Source: Eledone cirrhosa (lineage: Eukaryota). From it: a DNA stretch of 64,000 nt. Below, piece by piece: positions 14,610 to 27,656 of this stretch (the stretch's first letter is position 1; every line of letters starts with the position of its first letter). Under the pieces are notes generated by a model. It did not search any database. It worked only from the letters and a program-made list of their open reading frames with translations, and was not told the origin of the DNA. The stretch lies in contig OZ024742.1 in the NCBI GenBank assembly GCA_964016885.1, forward strand, positions 272,490,001 through 272,554,000, in the 5' to 3' direction. The position numbers and the translations under genes were made by a program.

Positions 14610-15530
14610 GTAAATTTTAGGATGATTTGGGATGTTATTGTTATCTAAGTATTTAATTGTGTTCATGTAGCCAGCTCTATGTAAAGCATCATTGTAATAT
14701 TCAACCTTATTATCAAAAATATGTTTATTAGCTGAAATGCGTGAAATAATGACACTATTGATAATAGCATTTTTGACGTTTCTAGGATGGTTAGAATGGA
14801 AGCTTACATAGTTTAGGTTTTCATTTATATTATGGAAAGGGTAATGTAGACCTGAGCTAAGGTTTAAAGTGACATCTAAGAAGTTAACTGTTTTATTATT
14901 ATTCTCAATTTCTAATTTAAGGTTATCATTTTTGAAAAATTCTATGATAATTTTCTTTTGCCTATTAAGTTCGCTATTGCTATGGTTATCAAATATAAGT
15001 AACATATCGTCGCGATATAAACCTCCGGCCTTATCTGGCATTTTTGTATATAGTACATTAAGAATAAATATTCCAACGAAGTCTGTTACTTGGGTTGAGT
15101 CAGATGATCCGATTGTCTATCAGGCCTAGTCCAGAGATGGTTATTAAATTCAATCAGGGTTTTACGTGCGGTTAAAATGATTTAAGTCGGTTTATTTTGA
15201 AACGTAAATAAGTGCCTTATTAAGTAAGTTAAGGTTAATTGAGGAGTACTAATTAGCAATATCCATTTGTATAAATAGTTTCCTATGTTTTAATTTAATA
15301 TCTGAAGATCAATCTATTACTTCATTTGTACCGTTCCAGTGATTTATGTTTAAGTACTGGTATAATCCTATCAAGTATATGTTTGCTAATTATGGCTAAG
15401 TGAGATTTAGATGGTGCGATAATCCTGATTGGCAGTTCAAGTTCGAAATTTCTTTTGTGGTCCTTCATATTTATCTTCGATTTCCTTGGTATGAAAGGTA
15501 CAGTCTTATTTTGAATACCTAATTTATAAT
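14610..15530 (-). mobile_element. Penelope-like element, RT region (probable 5' partner of 8030-10000)
   Basis: GLYRDDMLLIF, VNFLDVTLNL and YVSFHSNHP (ORF 14520-15041); upstream KDHKRNFELELPIRIIAP. Confidence 0.85.
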
Positions 15531-15559
15531 ACGTAATTTATAAATAATTTAAAAATAAA

Positions 15560-17091
15560 ATATATATAGTGAAAGAGTGAAGAATAACATGGTCAACAGT
15601 ACAAGAAGGGTTTTATTTACAATATTAATAATTGTTTCATTGATTAAGTTGTCTTAAAATTGCTAATCACTTGAAGGTGTCACTCAATTTTAAATACGAT
15701 GTATGCTTAACCAAATCATCAGAAAACTGAATAAAATTATACATAGCGTTTACAAATTCAAATTACAACATCAGTAATAAAGAAAAAAAAAGAAAAAAGA
15801 AGAAAAAAGAAAAAAGATACAGAGAAAAAAGAGAAGGAAAGAAAGAAGAAAAAAGAATAAAGAAAAAAAGAGAGAAAAATAAAAGTAATGATAATAAATG
15901 AATAATAATAAATAAGTTATAGCGAAGATGATAAAAAAACGTATATGTGTGCGAAGAAAATCAACATAATATGATTGTTGAAAATAGTTGTGGTGTTGGT
16001 GGTTAAAATATAAATATATGATGGTATAAAGGTGAAAATATTAAATATATTCATATATGTATTAGTTAAATTAATAATTTAATAAATTGGAAGGTATATT
16101 AGAAGTGAAGATAATACGATAGGTTATGAAGAAGGAGGTGAAATATATTTAGAGAAAGAAATTGAAATATAGAAAATGAAAGAGAGAAAATATAATAGGT
16201 TATGATGAGGATTCAATGACAGTTAATAACAATAATGACAACAATTATGATAATGGCTTATTATAATAGAGTCAGGTGGTATAATTTGAATTATGGAATG
16301 TTTGGGTCGAATCAAGTTGGTTTGAAATTATCGAATTTATTTGCTGTTTTATGTCTGCAGAAAATTGACCGTTCAATTTTGCTGTTAAGCAGCATTTTGT
16401 CATATTTTAAAATATGGAATAATTCCATATTCCAAAGTCTACAGTGGGACATATCAATTTTTAGGCCATTGCCCCTGACAATTTAGACCAGCCAATCCTG
16501 TATTCTTGGTTTGTATCTTTAAGCTGCCCGATTTTATTAGCGAGCGTTGATGAATTCATTAGGTTACGGTTCTTTACAGAATGTCGGAGGACGTACCATC
16601 TTTTTTTTAACTCCCCAGCCGTAGAACCTATGTAGTGCCATGCTAAGTGGCCTAAATTTATAGTACATAGGTACAGTATATTTGATTCAAGGGATCTATT
16701 TTGCAGAGGGCTCTTATCCGGTAAGTGACAGTTACATTTTGAGGCCTTTCTATGTACCTGTTCAATGATGTGATTTTGATGTTGTTATGTATGGGCTGAG
16801 ATTTGGGTTTGTTGATGTAATGTTGTGATGTGTTCTGACGTGTGTGTGGTTGTGATGTTGTTATACGTATGTGTTTTGTATTTGGTGTTATGGTAGTTGT
16901 TTGCAGGCTATTTGTGTTAGATATTCTTTTATAGTTAATTTTATGTATGTGTGATTTTATGTTGGTTTCAGTGGAGTAAGATAGTTTGATAGTATTCCTA
17001 TTAAATATTTTATGGTATTTGGGAAGTTTAGGGAAGTACTTGTCAAATAATTTAAAGAATATAGAAGGTAGTTTGGTTTTAATAGAGGAGT

Positions 17092-17095
<4 letters not shown>
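15560..17095 (-). mobile_element. Penelope-like element 3' half with hammerhead ribozyme in the 3' UTR
   Basis: FFKLFDKYFP..YHKIFNRNTIKLSYST linker and a GIY-YIG remnant (~16400-16740); HHR at 15610-15727 on the same strand. Confidence 0.8.
15610..15727 (-). ncRNA. Type I hammerhead ribozyme with long stem II
   Basis: Minus strand: gtttt CTGATGA T TTGGTTAAG..(~55 nt)..CTTAATCAA T GAA ACAAT-TATTAAT-ATTGT A aataaaac; GUA cleavage triplet; short stem I. Confidence 0.7.
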
Positions 17096-17138
<43 letters not shown>

Positions 17139-17166
17139 TTATTTATATATATATATATGTGTGTAT

Positions 17167-17199
<33 letters not shown>

Positions 17200-17368
17200 G
17201 TGACATACCGGAAGTATTGAAATTTGAATCTTTTAAGTAAATCTTGAAATATGCAATAAGATTATTCATGTTTAATCAGTTTCATAAATTATGTAATATT
17301 AATTCATTATTCATTGAAAGTAAGCCAACTCAATTTAATAACGAGATTAAAAAATATATTGTGGACGC

Positions 17369-17444
<76 letters not shown>

Positions 17445-17559
17445 TGTGTGTGGGTGGGTGTGTGTGTGTCTGTATGTGAGTGTCTGTCTGTGTGTCTGTA
17501 TGTGAGTGTATGTGTGTATTGGGGAAAAGGAGAGTCAACGGTTAAATAGAGAGCAGGAA

Positions 17560-18875
17560 TTCAAATGTCAACCTGTATAACAACGACAACAGTGATAGTT
17601 AGGGCAATATTTATATGAAGAATAATGGTAAGCACATAACGGAGATGAGGAAGAATGTGGAGCAAAAGGAGGTACAGAAGTTTAAGGATGTAGAGGAGGA
17701 GGAAGATATGGTGGTTGCGTTGTTTATTGTGAAGATGATTGTAATGTTGGTGATGGATCTGAAGATGGTGATGGTAGAGTAGAAGATGAAGAGGAAGGTG
17801 GTGGTTAAGACGAGTGAGATGATGAAGGTTAAGATAGTGAGTTTGAGGTAAAGATGATGGAGAATGAGGAATAACTAGTATTTAAAGTTTGGTATTTGGA
17901 GGTGTTTTGAATTAGCTGGAATGGAATACAATGAAATGGAGTGGGGTGAAATCGAATGAAATGAGTAAAATAATATATGTAAGTTGGGGTTTAAGTGAAA
18001 TACATTGAAAGGGGTCCGGTAGGATTGATGAATTAGTGAATATATGAATAAGGTGAATATATGAAGTGAAATGGTTTGAAACAACATTACCTGCTTGAGG
18101 AAGTCCGCTATTGGCAACTAGCATTTGTTGGGTTAGTATGCCTGAATGATAGTGCCGAGAATGCGGTGTTTCTGGCGTGCCAGCATCTTAGCAATATTTT
18201 TTAACTGGATGTTTTTAATTTGGTAATGTCCACGGCTTTGGCAATACGAAGCCGGCACGTTCTCCATGCCGGAGCTAGAGTGTTGTGTATTTGAACCAGT
18301 TCCAATGCAACCTGAACCCGGTTTTCTTATCCTAGACTCTCCATATGAAATCCGCCAGTCTGATGCACGATCACTTGGTCCTATGGTTGAAAGGGTGCTT
18401 CTGTTGGTAGTAAAGGGCACTGAAGTTTGTGGATATGACCCTAATGCATGTGTGCTTGGAATAATAGGTTTTGACCTCACATATATAGATTATGTTTTTA
18501 GCTAGACAATTATATTTTAGGGGACACTGGTTTCTGTCTCGGCAGTTACAAGTTCGTGGTATTCTTCCGTTCTCAGGTTCGTTGTTACTAGTATACTCTA
18601 AGGATGAATGCGGTGTCTTATTTGACTTACTGTTCAGTTTTGTGTTATTGCTTGGCTGTTGGTTACAGATTGTTCCCTGGTGTTTAGGTTGTGTATGTTG
18701 GTGAAGCCCTCAGTTTCCTGGTGTTTATAGAGGCAACTATTTGTTCCAGGTTGGACTGGGTGTTGTTGAATAAGAGATCTTTACCGTGTGTCAGTTTAAC
18801 ATCTTGTGTTGGGTTGGGAAAGAATCGTCCAACGCCTTTAAGATCACGACCGGGATCTTGGTCTTTACGTGCTTG
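17560..18875 (-). mobile_element. Highly decayed Penelope-like 3' fragment (GIY-YIG remnant)
   Basis: Minus strand has a DLLFNNTQSNLEQIVASIN linker, CNCRD..CP.KYNCLAKNIIY and LADFIWRV.DKKTGFRLHW, similar to the other PLE endonucleases in the window. Confidence 0.6.
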
Positions 18876-18915
18876 GATGTGTATATATATATATATATAT
18901 ATACTGGTGTGTGTG

Positions 18916-18954
<39 letters not shown>

Positions 18955-18955
<1 letters not shown>

Positions 18956-21900
18956 TAAGAGATTTTTATAAAAATAACAAAATATGATGCTGAGGTTACA
19001 TATAGCGTTTAATCATTATAATTATTTCCAGGGTTCTCCATGCAATCGGGATGTCCTTCATTTGGTGTTCTTATGAGTACGGAATCCTCAGATCATACCC
19101 GATATGCATGATATGCAGCCGACAGGAAGAAACACGCTCTATTGCTTGTGTGCCCAGCAGGCATATGAGTTCCTTAAAGGGTCTCCCAACCGTCGCGCTG
19201 GCTACAGAAAATGATATCAACGAAAAACCGAAAAAACTGTGTGTAGCCAAAGCTCAGTAGAATGTGGAAACAATAAATGGAGCTCTAAGGGAGGGTGGGG
19301 TATATATTTTGTTGACAGTCACCTTAATACAACAACTACAAAACGACGACGGCGACAACAACAACGACAATATCAGCAAAATACCGACCTAAAGTCGTCC
19401 ACACTGGCCCCATCAATCGTAGTGATATTACTACGCTTCTGACAACAACAACGATAGCAATAGCTACAGTAAACAGTTACAAAAACAACAACAGCGACAA
19501 CCACGACAACAGCAAAAACGCAGACCAGCGTCGTGTACATAGGCTGTAACAGTCGTATTGACGATACCACCCCTCCGACAATAACAACGATAACAACTGC
19601 CACAGCAATAAACGGAGCACTGAAGTAGGCTGATACACAGATTTGATGGCGTTTATCACCAAGACCATAGCAACAACAACAATAGTAACGTTAACAAACA
19701 TTAACACCGCCCATCACCTACCCCGGTATCGTAGTACTTGTGGTAACATTGATAATAGTATCATGTCAATGGCAGTGAGTATCCGTTACCCGATAGTCAG
19801 ACAGCGGTAACACCAACAACAATAATAACACCAACACCAATGATAAGCTCACCGCGGTGTCGGTGGCAACAAAACAAAAAAAGGCCTCGCTTCCATCCAA
19901 AGGCACAAGGCCAGTAGTAAATACATTGCAGAAAAAACAAACTAACCACAATAGTAGCCAGTTGAAACTAGGAAGCGAAAATAGGGACAGAAAAACAGAT
20001 AGATATAAATAAATTCATGCACAGTTAATACATTCTCTCTATCACTATAAGGCATAAGGCAAGCAATACTTACAGTGCAGAAAAACAACTAATCACAATA
20101 GCATTCAGTTGAATCTATAATGAAATCAATACTATCAAAAGGGCTGCTAGACTATGGAAGAGAATTACGGGAAGCGAAAGTAGGTACAGAGACATATAGA
20201 AATAAATTCAGGAACACATATAGAGAACATAATTGGTTCTACTTGTGGCACAAGACCAGCAATTATCCCAGTGCATTACTGGCACTTTATTTTATCGACC
20301 TCGTAAGGATGAAAGGCAAAGTTAACCTCAGCGGGATTTGAACTCAGACCGTAAGGTCCGTAACTCTACGCTGCGAAGCATGGCGCCCGACCCTCTACCG
20401 ATACTGCCAATAGAACATAATAATAAAAAGAATGGGACAAATATACATAAAAACAACAGTAGTTATACAAACAGAGAATAAGGAACAAGGGATATGAAAC
20501 ATGGACGCACAAAGACTCCAGGTGTGCAAACAAGTTATCCATGGTTCACCTGACACTAGGGTTGTTGTGTCGCCACGCCCGGCTCCCACGGGAAATAGTC
20601 CTTAACTAGTACCACTATGTTGTTAGTCCGTACAGTTTCAGGAAGTTTCCAGATGATATGTGGTGGCAGGTGCTGAAGAGGTTAATCCTTTTATTAATAA
20701 CTCGAGAGCCTCTCTCGGTTATTTCCATAATCTCGGTGACACACAAATCGCGTGTCATATCCACCTCCTCTGTAGGGTTGGACTGAGGCTACCGTGGAGC
20801 ACAACAGGGTGTATTCCAAGTTATCATGTTTGAGACGCCACACCAGTTATGAGAGGGTGGTTCTGTTTTATCAACTCTCCTAAAGGTATGGCAGTGATTG
20901 TACCACCGTTCCTTAAATGTATTAGCCGTGGTTCCGATATAGGTGAAGGTTTGGTTATTGGCACTCACCCGACATTAATAGATTAAGCCGCTGCTAAGGC
21001 ACTTGCCTTCCAGGGGCAGTTACTGGGGTTTCTAAAGTTACAACTCGGAGGGGTGCTGCCGCCCGGATCACCGTATCGCGTTTTATGATTCCTTGGTCGT
21101 TCACAGTTCAAGATGTTACCAACGGAGGAAGAGTCATTTCTGTGACGCGCCTTCTCACGGTTGCTGGTTCCCCCAAAGTCGCGTACGTGTTTCAATCTTT
21201 TTTCTGTTTAAGGCTTCTATATTTTGCACTAGGTTTCTAGTTGTGGAGCAGGACAATTTAATAGTATGCCTGTTGAAATTGCGTGGTATTGGTGATGGTT
21301 ATGGAAGTGCTTATCCAAAGCCCTGAAAAAAGAGGCCACTAGGTTGTTGCGCAAACCGACACAGAAGGGGGGGGGGTTACACCAAATGACATTGCGGGAA
21401 CGGGTTCGCTTCCTGTTTTAGTCACCAGGTCCCGCACCCGTTCCGTCTGAGTATGAGTTACGCAGTTGCTGTGGGTGACTGGAAGGGCCATGCCCCCCAG
21501 TTTTTCGTTGCCCCTTTGGTCGCTTATGCCAACCGAACAGAGTGGTCCCCGTTCGTAGCGAGGGAGACGGTTCGTACCTTTCACGCTCACCCCCGGGCCC
21601 ACACATGTCCCTCACGGCTGCACCGCACTGGCTTCCTCGTTTTCCAATGTAGGCGAGTTCCGGTCCCTTCTTAATAAGCCATGGTTAGAAGTTCCCCAGG
21701 ATTATTATGTAGTGTGGTATCAGGGATGACTAATGAAGTCCCAGTGGTGTTGGTCCCGTCATCGTTTCCTTCTGATCTGTTACTTTCAGCGGTCCCGGAA
21801 TTCATTAGATTGGGTATATACTTAATTTTCTCCTTCTAACCTGCATTATTTAAGGCATTATTATAATAGGTAGCTATGCTATTGAAAGTTCCTGGCTAGC

Positions 21901-23960
21901 TGACAGAGAAGAAATCCTACGGGATACGCTATTTACTATGGCCCTCTTGACTGACCCGGGATGGTTGGAGTTCTAATGTACGCACTTGAGGCACTCGTTC
22001 GGCTTCTGGTACGGGTTGTAGAGGCCGGATTCTAGATTGAGGCAAACGTTCAGGAAGTTAAGTATCTTCTATTATTTTCTATGTCTATGCTGAGGCTCAG
22101 GTTTTTGAAACATCTAATTAAGCTCTTTCTAAACCTATGTATCATGCTGTTGCTGTGGCCGAGTAGCGTAAACAAGGCAACGTCGCAGTATATTCCACCG
22201 CCTAACGTTGGGATCTCGCTTTTCAGGTTCCTGAGGATGTAGAAGCCCACCAGGTCAGTAACCTGCGTCAAGTTGCTCAAAACCATCGTGATGTCAAAAT
22301 GGTCCGGCCACTCTCTCTTAGTCCAGAGCTCACCGTCCAAACCTGTCAGTGTCTTCCTGACAGTATGAATTATCTCAATTTTATCTCGGGTTAAATCTGT
22401 ATGGCTGCGTGCAAACATGCGTGCCTTGTTAAGCACCACCGGGGAGATAGATGCGTAATAGTTACATATATCTAGCTGTATAAATTTAGTCCTGCAGGCC
22501 GTTAAACTACTCGATCACGTTCCCAGTTCTGGACGACTGCTGCAATTTGATCTTTTTTAACATGCTGGTATGATTCTGTCCAGTATTCCTTTGCTTATAC
22601 ACCCGAGGTCAGACTTTAATCATACTATAAGTCTGACTGGGAGTTCAGTTCCGAAGTTCCGTTTGTGATCCTTCAGCAAAGTACGGTGTTCTCTGAGTGG
22701 TAAGGCTCGGTCCTATCCGCAATGTTGAGTTTAATTACTATTCTATTAGTTCGCTCGTTAATGTCGTCAAGGTTAGACTGCGAAGTTTTCCTGTAATTAT
22801 TTGAAAGCTCCTTAAGTATTTGTCTTCTATAAGTTGTTGCGTCCATGTTGTAGAGGTTACCCATTTTATCAGCATGAACGAGAATTCTGTCCGAACGTTT
22901 TAGTGTAGACACTCTATTCGCTAGTTTCCTGAGGCGAGGCTGCTCTTCAGATGGTGACCTATTGAAGCTAACGCCCGAAATAATATTGGCCATCTCTTTC
23001 TCAAAACCCTCCATAAGTTTGTTTTGTGGAGGTTTTTTTCTAGATTTAAAACCGAACGTAGAGACCGGGTTCCAAGTGTTCACATCATTCGTAGGGGTTT
23101 TTCTATCATAATGGAAGGCCTTCCACCGCATTATGCGTATAGACGAGTCCGTGTTAAGGGTCAGTTGTCTAGTATGTTCCTTTTCGCTGTGTAAGGGAAT
23201 GTCATTCAGGGACTCAGAGATGTTAAAATATTGCATCATGTTTTCAGCTGCTTATTCTGAAGGTGGTCAACAGTGTTGGAACTGTATGTGTGCAGAGGAG
23301 ATTGTTTTGGTAAAAACAGAAGTAAACAGGAGAAAGCTCTCAACAATCGTAGTTTTGAGTTACGTTGGAGATTTTTATAAAAATAACAAAGTAAGATGTT
23401 AAGGTTACATATAGCGTTTAATCATTATAATTATTTCGACGGTTTTCATGCAATCGAGATGTACTTCATGCATTTGTTGTTGTTATGAGAATGGTATCCT
23501 CAGATGATACCCGATATGTTTGATATATCCGCCGGCAGAAAAAAAACACGTCCTATTGCTTGTGTGCCCAGTAGACATATGAGTTCCTTAAAGGGTCTCC
23601 CAGCCGTCGCGTTTGCTAGAGAAAATGCTATCAACGAAAAAACGCATTTATGGCTTCCACTGTTTACTGGGCTTTGGCTACACACAGCTTTTTTCTTTTT
23701 TCATTGATAGAATTTTCTCTAGCAAACGCGACGGCTGGGAGACCCTTTAAGGAACACATATGTCGGCTGGGCACACAACAATAGAACGCGTGTTTATTCC
23801 TGCCGGCGGCATATCAAACATATCGAGTATCATCTGAGGATACCGTTCTCATAAAAACAACAAATGCATTAGGGACATCTCGATTGCATGGAGAACCGTG
23901 GAAATAATTATAATGATTAAACGATATATGCAACCTTAGCATCTTATTTTCTTATTTGTA
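18955..23960 (-). mobile_element. Near-complete decayed Penelope-like element with direct pseudo-LTRs (18955-19260, 23370-23650) plus an inverted pLTR copy (23700-23955)
   Basis: MQYFNISESLNDIP..RIMRWKAFHY..ADKMGNLY (22673-23239), RT remnant (21800-22680) and GIY-YIG CPLEGKCL..IY..YIGTT..FKERWYNH (~20720-21040). The three pLTR copies align and each carries an HHR. Confidence 0.9.
23829..23917 (+). ncRNA. Type I hammerhead ribozyme in pLTR (minus-strand copies 23421-23508 and 19012-19096)
   Basis: ATCAT CTGAGGA tacc GTTCTC..ATGCA..TGCAT.GAGAAC cgtg GAA ATAATTAT A ATGAT: stem I ATCAT/ATGAT, palindromic stem III, AUA triplet. Confidence 0.8.
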
Positions 23961-24449
23961 TATATGTATATATATATATATATAATTATATATATATATA
24001 TATAATTATCGCTGTACAATGTTGAATAGAAAAAATGTAATCTGAGTTTTTCGAATATTAATGATAATATTCGATTCGTTTGCAATTATTGAAACACCAT
24101 ATTTTTTTAAACTATATCAGTACAATGAGCCCCTCATTCTAGCTAATGTGTTGGCATGTAAAGAGAACTGCAAACACTACTGTTTCTGTATATCACACTT
24201 CATCAGTGCTCTTCACTTTTCACCTGACAACTGTCAGAGCTAGTGAAAATATATATTTTCTAAAATATACAGTTACTGATCAGCCTGAAATGCATATTCG
24301 CAGACTAGCTGATAAGGTAGATCAAATATTAGCAGATCCAGTAATAAGCCAGATTTGCATATCAGCAGACAGGCCTGCTAAACGAATTGAATATTATTAT
24401 TGATATTTGAAAAACTCAGATTACATTTATTATATATATATTTATATCT

Positions 24450-24772
24450 ATCTAGGGAGGTTAACATTCCCAGAACCATGGACGAATTCTCTCCAGCGGT
24501 CTCTCTCCCTCATTATAGCTGCCATGTCCTGCGTATCCAAGAGACCAGTGTCTGTTCTTAAGGCATCAACATATGTTAACCTTGGTCTTCTCCTTCCAGT
24601 GTGTCCATGCACTGGCTCCCACAGGACCACTGAGTGCAGTGTCAATTTTGGATGTCGGTGCGCATGTCCAGCTAACCTCAGACTCCTCGCTGTCACATTT
24701 GAGCTGACATTTCTGAGGCTCCCATACACCTGAGTCTTTCAGCCTCAGTGTATACTGATTAATGTCCAGAGA
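24450..24772 (-). mobile_element. RTE-clade LINE 3' end
   Basis: RSLRLAGHAHRH..VVLWEPVHGHTGRRRPRLTYVDALRTDTG..RERDRWR; homologous to the 3' end of 34240-35428. Confidence 0.8.
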
Positions 24773-24799
24773 CATATATATATATATATATATATATAT

Positions 24800-25763
24800 A
24801 CTATAGAGTAAAGCATGTCCAGAGAATTATTTGATAATATATATGCATCACCTCCACTCCCAATCAGCATAATTCAAAATGGTTGAGAACTGTGACGTGG
24901 CAGTGGTCAAGTCAGGAAGGGTGTAATTGTTTGCTTACGGCGAGTGGGTTGGTTGCTAGAAAGCGCAGCCCAATATCGTCCAAGTTTTTATCTCAAACGT
25001 ATGGGAGATTATTAAATATAAATATTTACACATACACCAATTAAACAAAGTCACAAGTATATATGTGTTTTTGCAACTTTTCACTATGTGGCTCAATGGA
25101 GAATTAATAAATTAATCAGAGCGAAATACTATAGAGTAAAGCATGTCCAGAGAATTATTTGATAATATATATGCATCATCTCTACTCCCAATCAGCATAA
25201 TTAACCACACAACAAATCAATTAGACCAGGCTATAAGAATAAAAGACATCTATGAAGAAACAGTAAATAAATACGCTATCGTGGGGTCTTCGCGTGCAAC
25301 CGCTAGAGAATATTTACCCAACATTTCAACAGCACGTGGAAATTAATTAAATATACGGTCAACCATACATAATTAGGTAAAAATTAATGTTAGAAATGAT
25401 TATATACATACCAGTATTAAATCACTAAATCCCGACACTTTGGTTTCGCTCTCTTTTGAGATACCTTATTTAAGGTTCATACTCGCGTTTAGAGCTCTTC
25501 AGGGGACAAACTCACTAGGTCATATTATTTCTTGAAGTGGCCCCCGCCAAACACGAATTCAAAAATGTTGTGTGCTTAATTATGCTGATTGGGAGTAGAG
25601 ATGATGTATATATATTATCAACTTATCAAATAATTATCTGGACATGCTTTACTGTATAGTATTTCGCACTGATTAATTTAATAATTCTCCATTGAGCCAG
25701 ATCGTGAAAAGTTGCAAAAACACATATATACCTGTGACTTTGTTTAATTGGCGTATTTGTAAA

Positions 25764-25770
<7 letters not shown>
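24800..25770. repeat. Rearranged and inverted non-coding pLTR-like repeat (family B) containing an HHR
   Basis: 25020-25210 is inverted at 25570-25770; 24800-24873 duplicates 25129-25202; related to 58400-59620. Confidence 0.75.
25430..25506 (-). ncRNA. Type I hammerhead ribozyme with extended stem II
   Basis: Minus strand: TCCC CTGAAGA GCTCT..(ACCTTA AA TAAGGT hairpin)..AGAGC GAA AC caaagt GT C GGGA; GUC triplet. Confidence 0.8.
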
Positions 25771-25806
<36 letters not shown>

Positions 25807-25808
<2 letters not shown>

Positions 25809-25990
25809 CGAAGGAAATGTGGTAAGGAACCAAGTGGACCATAACGCACCAAAGTACTCAATACTTAGGGTAGTAGAGAGACTAATAGGAACGAGTAGGA
25901 CCCCTACGGCTGAGCTCAAGCCGTTTTCACGGCTAATTAGCCGTGGGAACGGCTAGAGCTCAGCCGTCGGAGTCCTACTCCTTCCTATAT
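25807..25990. repeat. ~190-bp hairpin (MITE-like) repeat, family H (also 36527-36722, 42533-42727, 44318-44503)
   Basis: Four homologous copies, each between (TA)n tracts, each with a ~45-55 bp arm palindrome and an asymmetric ~75-bp tail. Confidence 0.85.
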
Positions 25991-26014
25991 ATATATATAT
26001 ATATATATTTATAT

Positions 26015-26140
26015 AAAGGAACGATCGACTTTCGTCAAATCGGACCGAGGGAACAACGTTTCCGTTGGTCTTTCCAATTGCTAATACTATCTATCGGTCG
26101 CAACTCCAGGTAGAAGGGGCAATGTGAAAATAAAGTGTAT
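26015..26140 (-). mobile_element. 3' part of the tRNA-derived SINE family seen more completely at 61530-61750
   Basis: Reverse complement matches 61630-61750 (GAGTTGCGACCGATAGATAGTATTAGCAATTGGAAA). Confidence 0.7.
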
Positions 26141-26143
26141 TTT

Positions 26144-26184
<41 letters not shown>

Positions 26185-26188
<4 letters not shown>

Positions 26189-26853
26189 TAAAGAATCATC
26201 TGTGCTCTACCAACACGCTAAGATGGAACACAGGGGTAGATTAGAGAGCATAGCAATAAAAATAGAATCCACGCACAGAAAAGACGCAATGTTTAGGCAA
26301 ATTACTGAGGCAGTAAGCATAAAAGAATTAAAACCAAAATTAAATAGAAAATATGAGTGGAACAGCAACATCACAACTTACAATTAAGGACAAAATGAAA
26401 ACACACACACAGATAGAACAAACAACTTACAATTGAAAACACACACAGGACAAAATGAAAACACACACACACACATAGAACAAACAACCAACCAACAATA
26501 AATAAATAAACAAATAGAAAAATGAACACAAACACACACAGACACCCGGATGTGGCACATGCGCAAACTGAGCACACAACACACACACAGAAACAAAATG
26601 GCGTAGGATAAAAAAAGAAAAGGCACAGAAACGAAGAAAGGAATCCCCAGTCACTGAAGAGGTCACAGAGTGTGTGACGAAAGGACTATGACTATATATA
26701 TAAACAACTATCTGGTTGTGGAACCAACCAACCAACCAGAAATTTATAAGTTTGTAGATTTGTAAATTCATAAATTTATAAATATATAATAAATTGAAGT
26801 GAAAGCAACTGGTGCGTGTGTTTCTTATTGGCAACATGACCCTCCCAAAGTAT

Positions 26854-26858
<5 letters not shown>
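26185..26858 (+). mobile_element. 5'-truncated Penelope-like 3' end (GIY-YIG tail, pLTR, HHR); second pLTR copy at 52305-52570
   Basis: SSVLYQHAKMEH..MFRQITEAVSIKELKPKLNRKYEW resembles a PLE GIY-YIG C-terminus; flanked by (TA)n. Confidence 0.75.
26649..26693 (+). ncRNA. Minimal type I hammerhead ribozyme (degenerate copy at 52376-52428)
   Basis: AGTCA CTGAAGA g GTCAC agagtgt GTGAC GAA AG ga CT A TGACT; one extra G between A9 and stem II. Confidence 0.75.
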
Positions 26859-26927
<69 letters not shown>

Positions 26928-26931
<4 letters not shown>

Positions 26932-27282
26932 AAAAAGGGATGAAATCGAAAATGCAACTGAAGTCTTATTTTTTTTTTAAATATATATATTTATTTGGTT
27001 CCTTTACCGGTTTCGCAGTTCTTCTGCTTTTCAAAAGGTCAGTTGAGATGGAGGGTCTGTGGTTTTTCTCACATCTGATGTGAGAAAAACCACAGACTCT
27101 CCATCTCAACTCACCTTTTGAAAAGCAGAAGAACTGCGAAACCGGTAAAGGAACCAAATAAATATATATATTTAAAAAAAAAATAAGACTTCAGTTGCAT
27201 TTTCGAATTCATCCCTTTTTCTTTATACTTCCACTCGTGTAGGACACCTCGGTTATTTTTCATTTTGTAAAAAAAACCTCAC

Positions 27283-27290
<8 letters not shown>
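26928..27290. repeat. Fold-back palindrome (arms ~26928-27074 and 27078-27225) of pLTR family C; other copies at 28988-29080 and 61825-61995
   Basis: Near-perfect inverted repeat centred at ~27076; (TA)n on both sides. Confidence 0.9.
27114..27151 (+). ncRNA. Minimal type I hammerhead ribozyme with U3-A8 compensatory core (mirror copy 27001-27038 on -)
   Basis: CCTT TTGAAAA GCAG aagaa CTGC GAA ACCGGT A AAGG. Confidence 0.85.
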
Positions 27291-27378
<88 letters not shown>

Positions 27379-27656
27379 CAGTTCATTCATGCAACGATAT
27401 GGCCCCTGACACAGCAGGAAAAAATCGTATGCAGTATGAATATATTGATAAATTGATTGATTGGGATATTGATGGAGAATATTCCTTACTGATGCATTGT
27501 GAATTATGTGCTTCAAACCTATCCAGATAAAATATAATGATTTAACTCAATATTATAAGCATAAGAGACCAGAGTAACTTTCATCTTATGTACGCATTTT
27601 CTTCGACAGAAAATGTGTGATGATTAGGAAGTTTCTTTGTTTAGATTTCTGCCTCC

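Noticed and set aside
23370-23955. Palindromes as whole-genome-amplification or assembly chimeras
   Set aside because: Arms here and at 58460-59622 differ by many substitutions, indicating old genuine inversions. An artefact cannot be excluded for the near-identical arms at 26928, 35581 and 57896.
24100-24400. Possible short host exons (AG..GT-bounded, e.g. TDQPEMHIRRLADK); similar candidates at 27380-27520, 37600-37690 and 38720-38905
   Set aside because: Too short, no recognisable protein similarity and inconsistent strands; RNA-seq would be needed.
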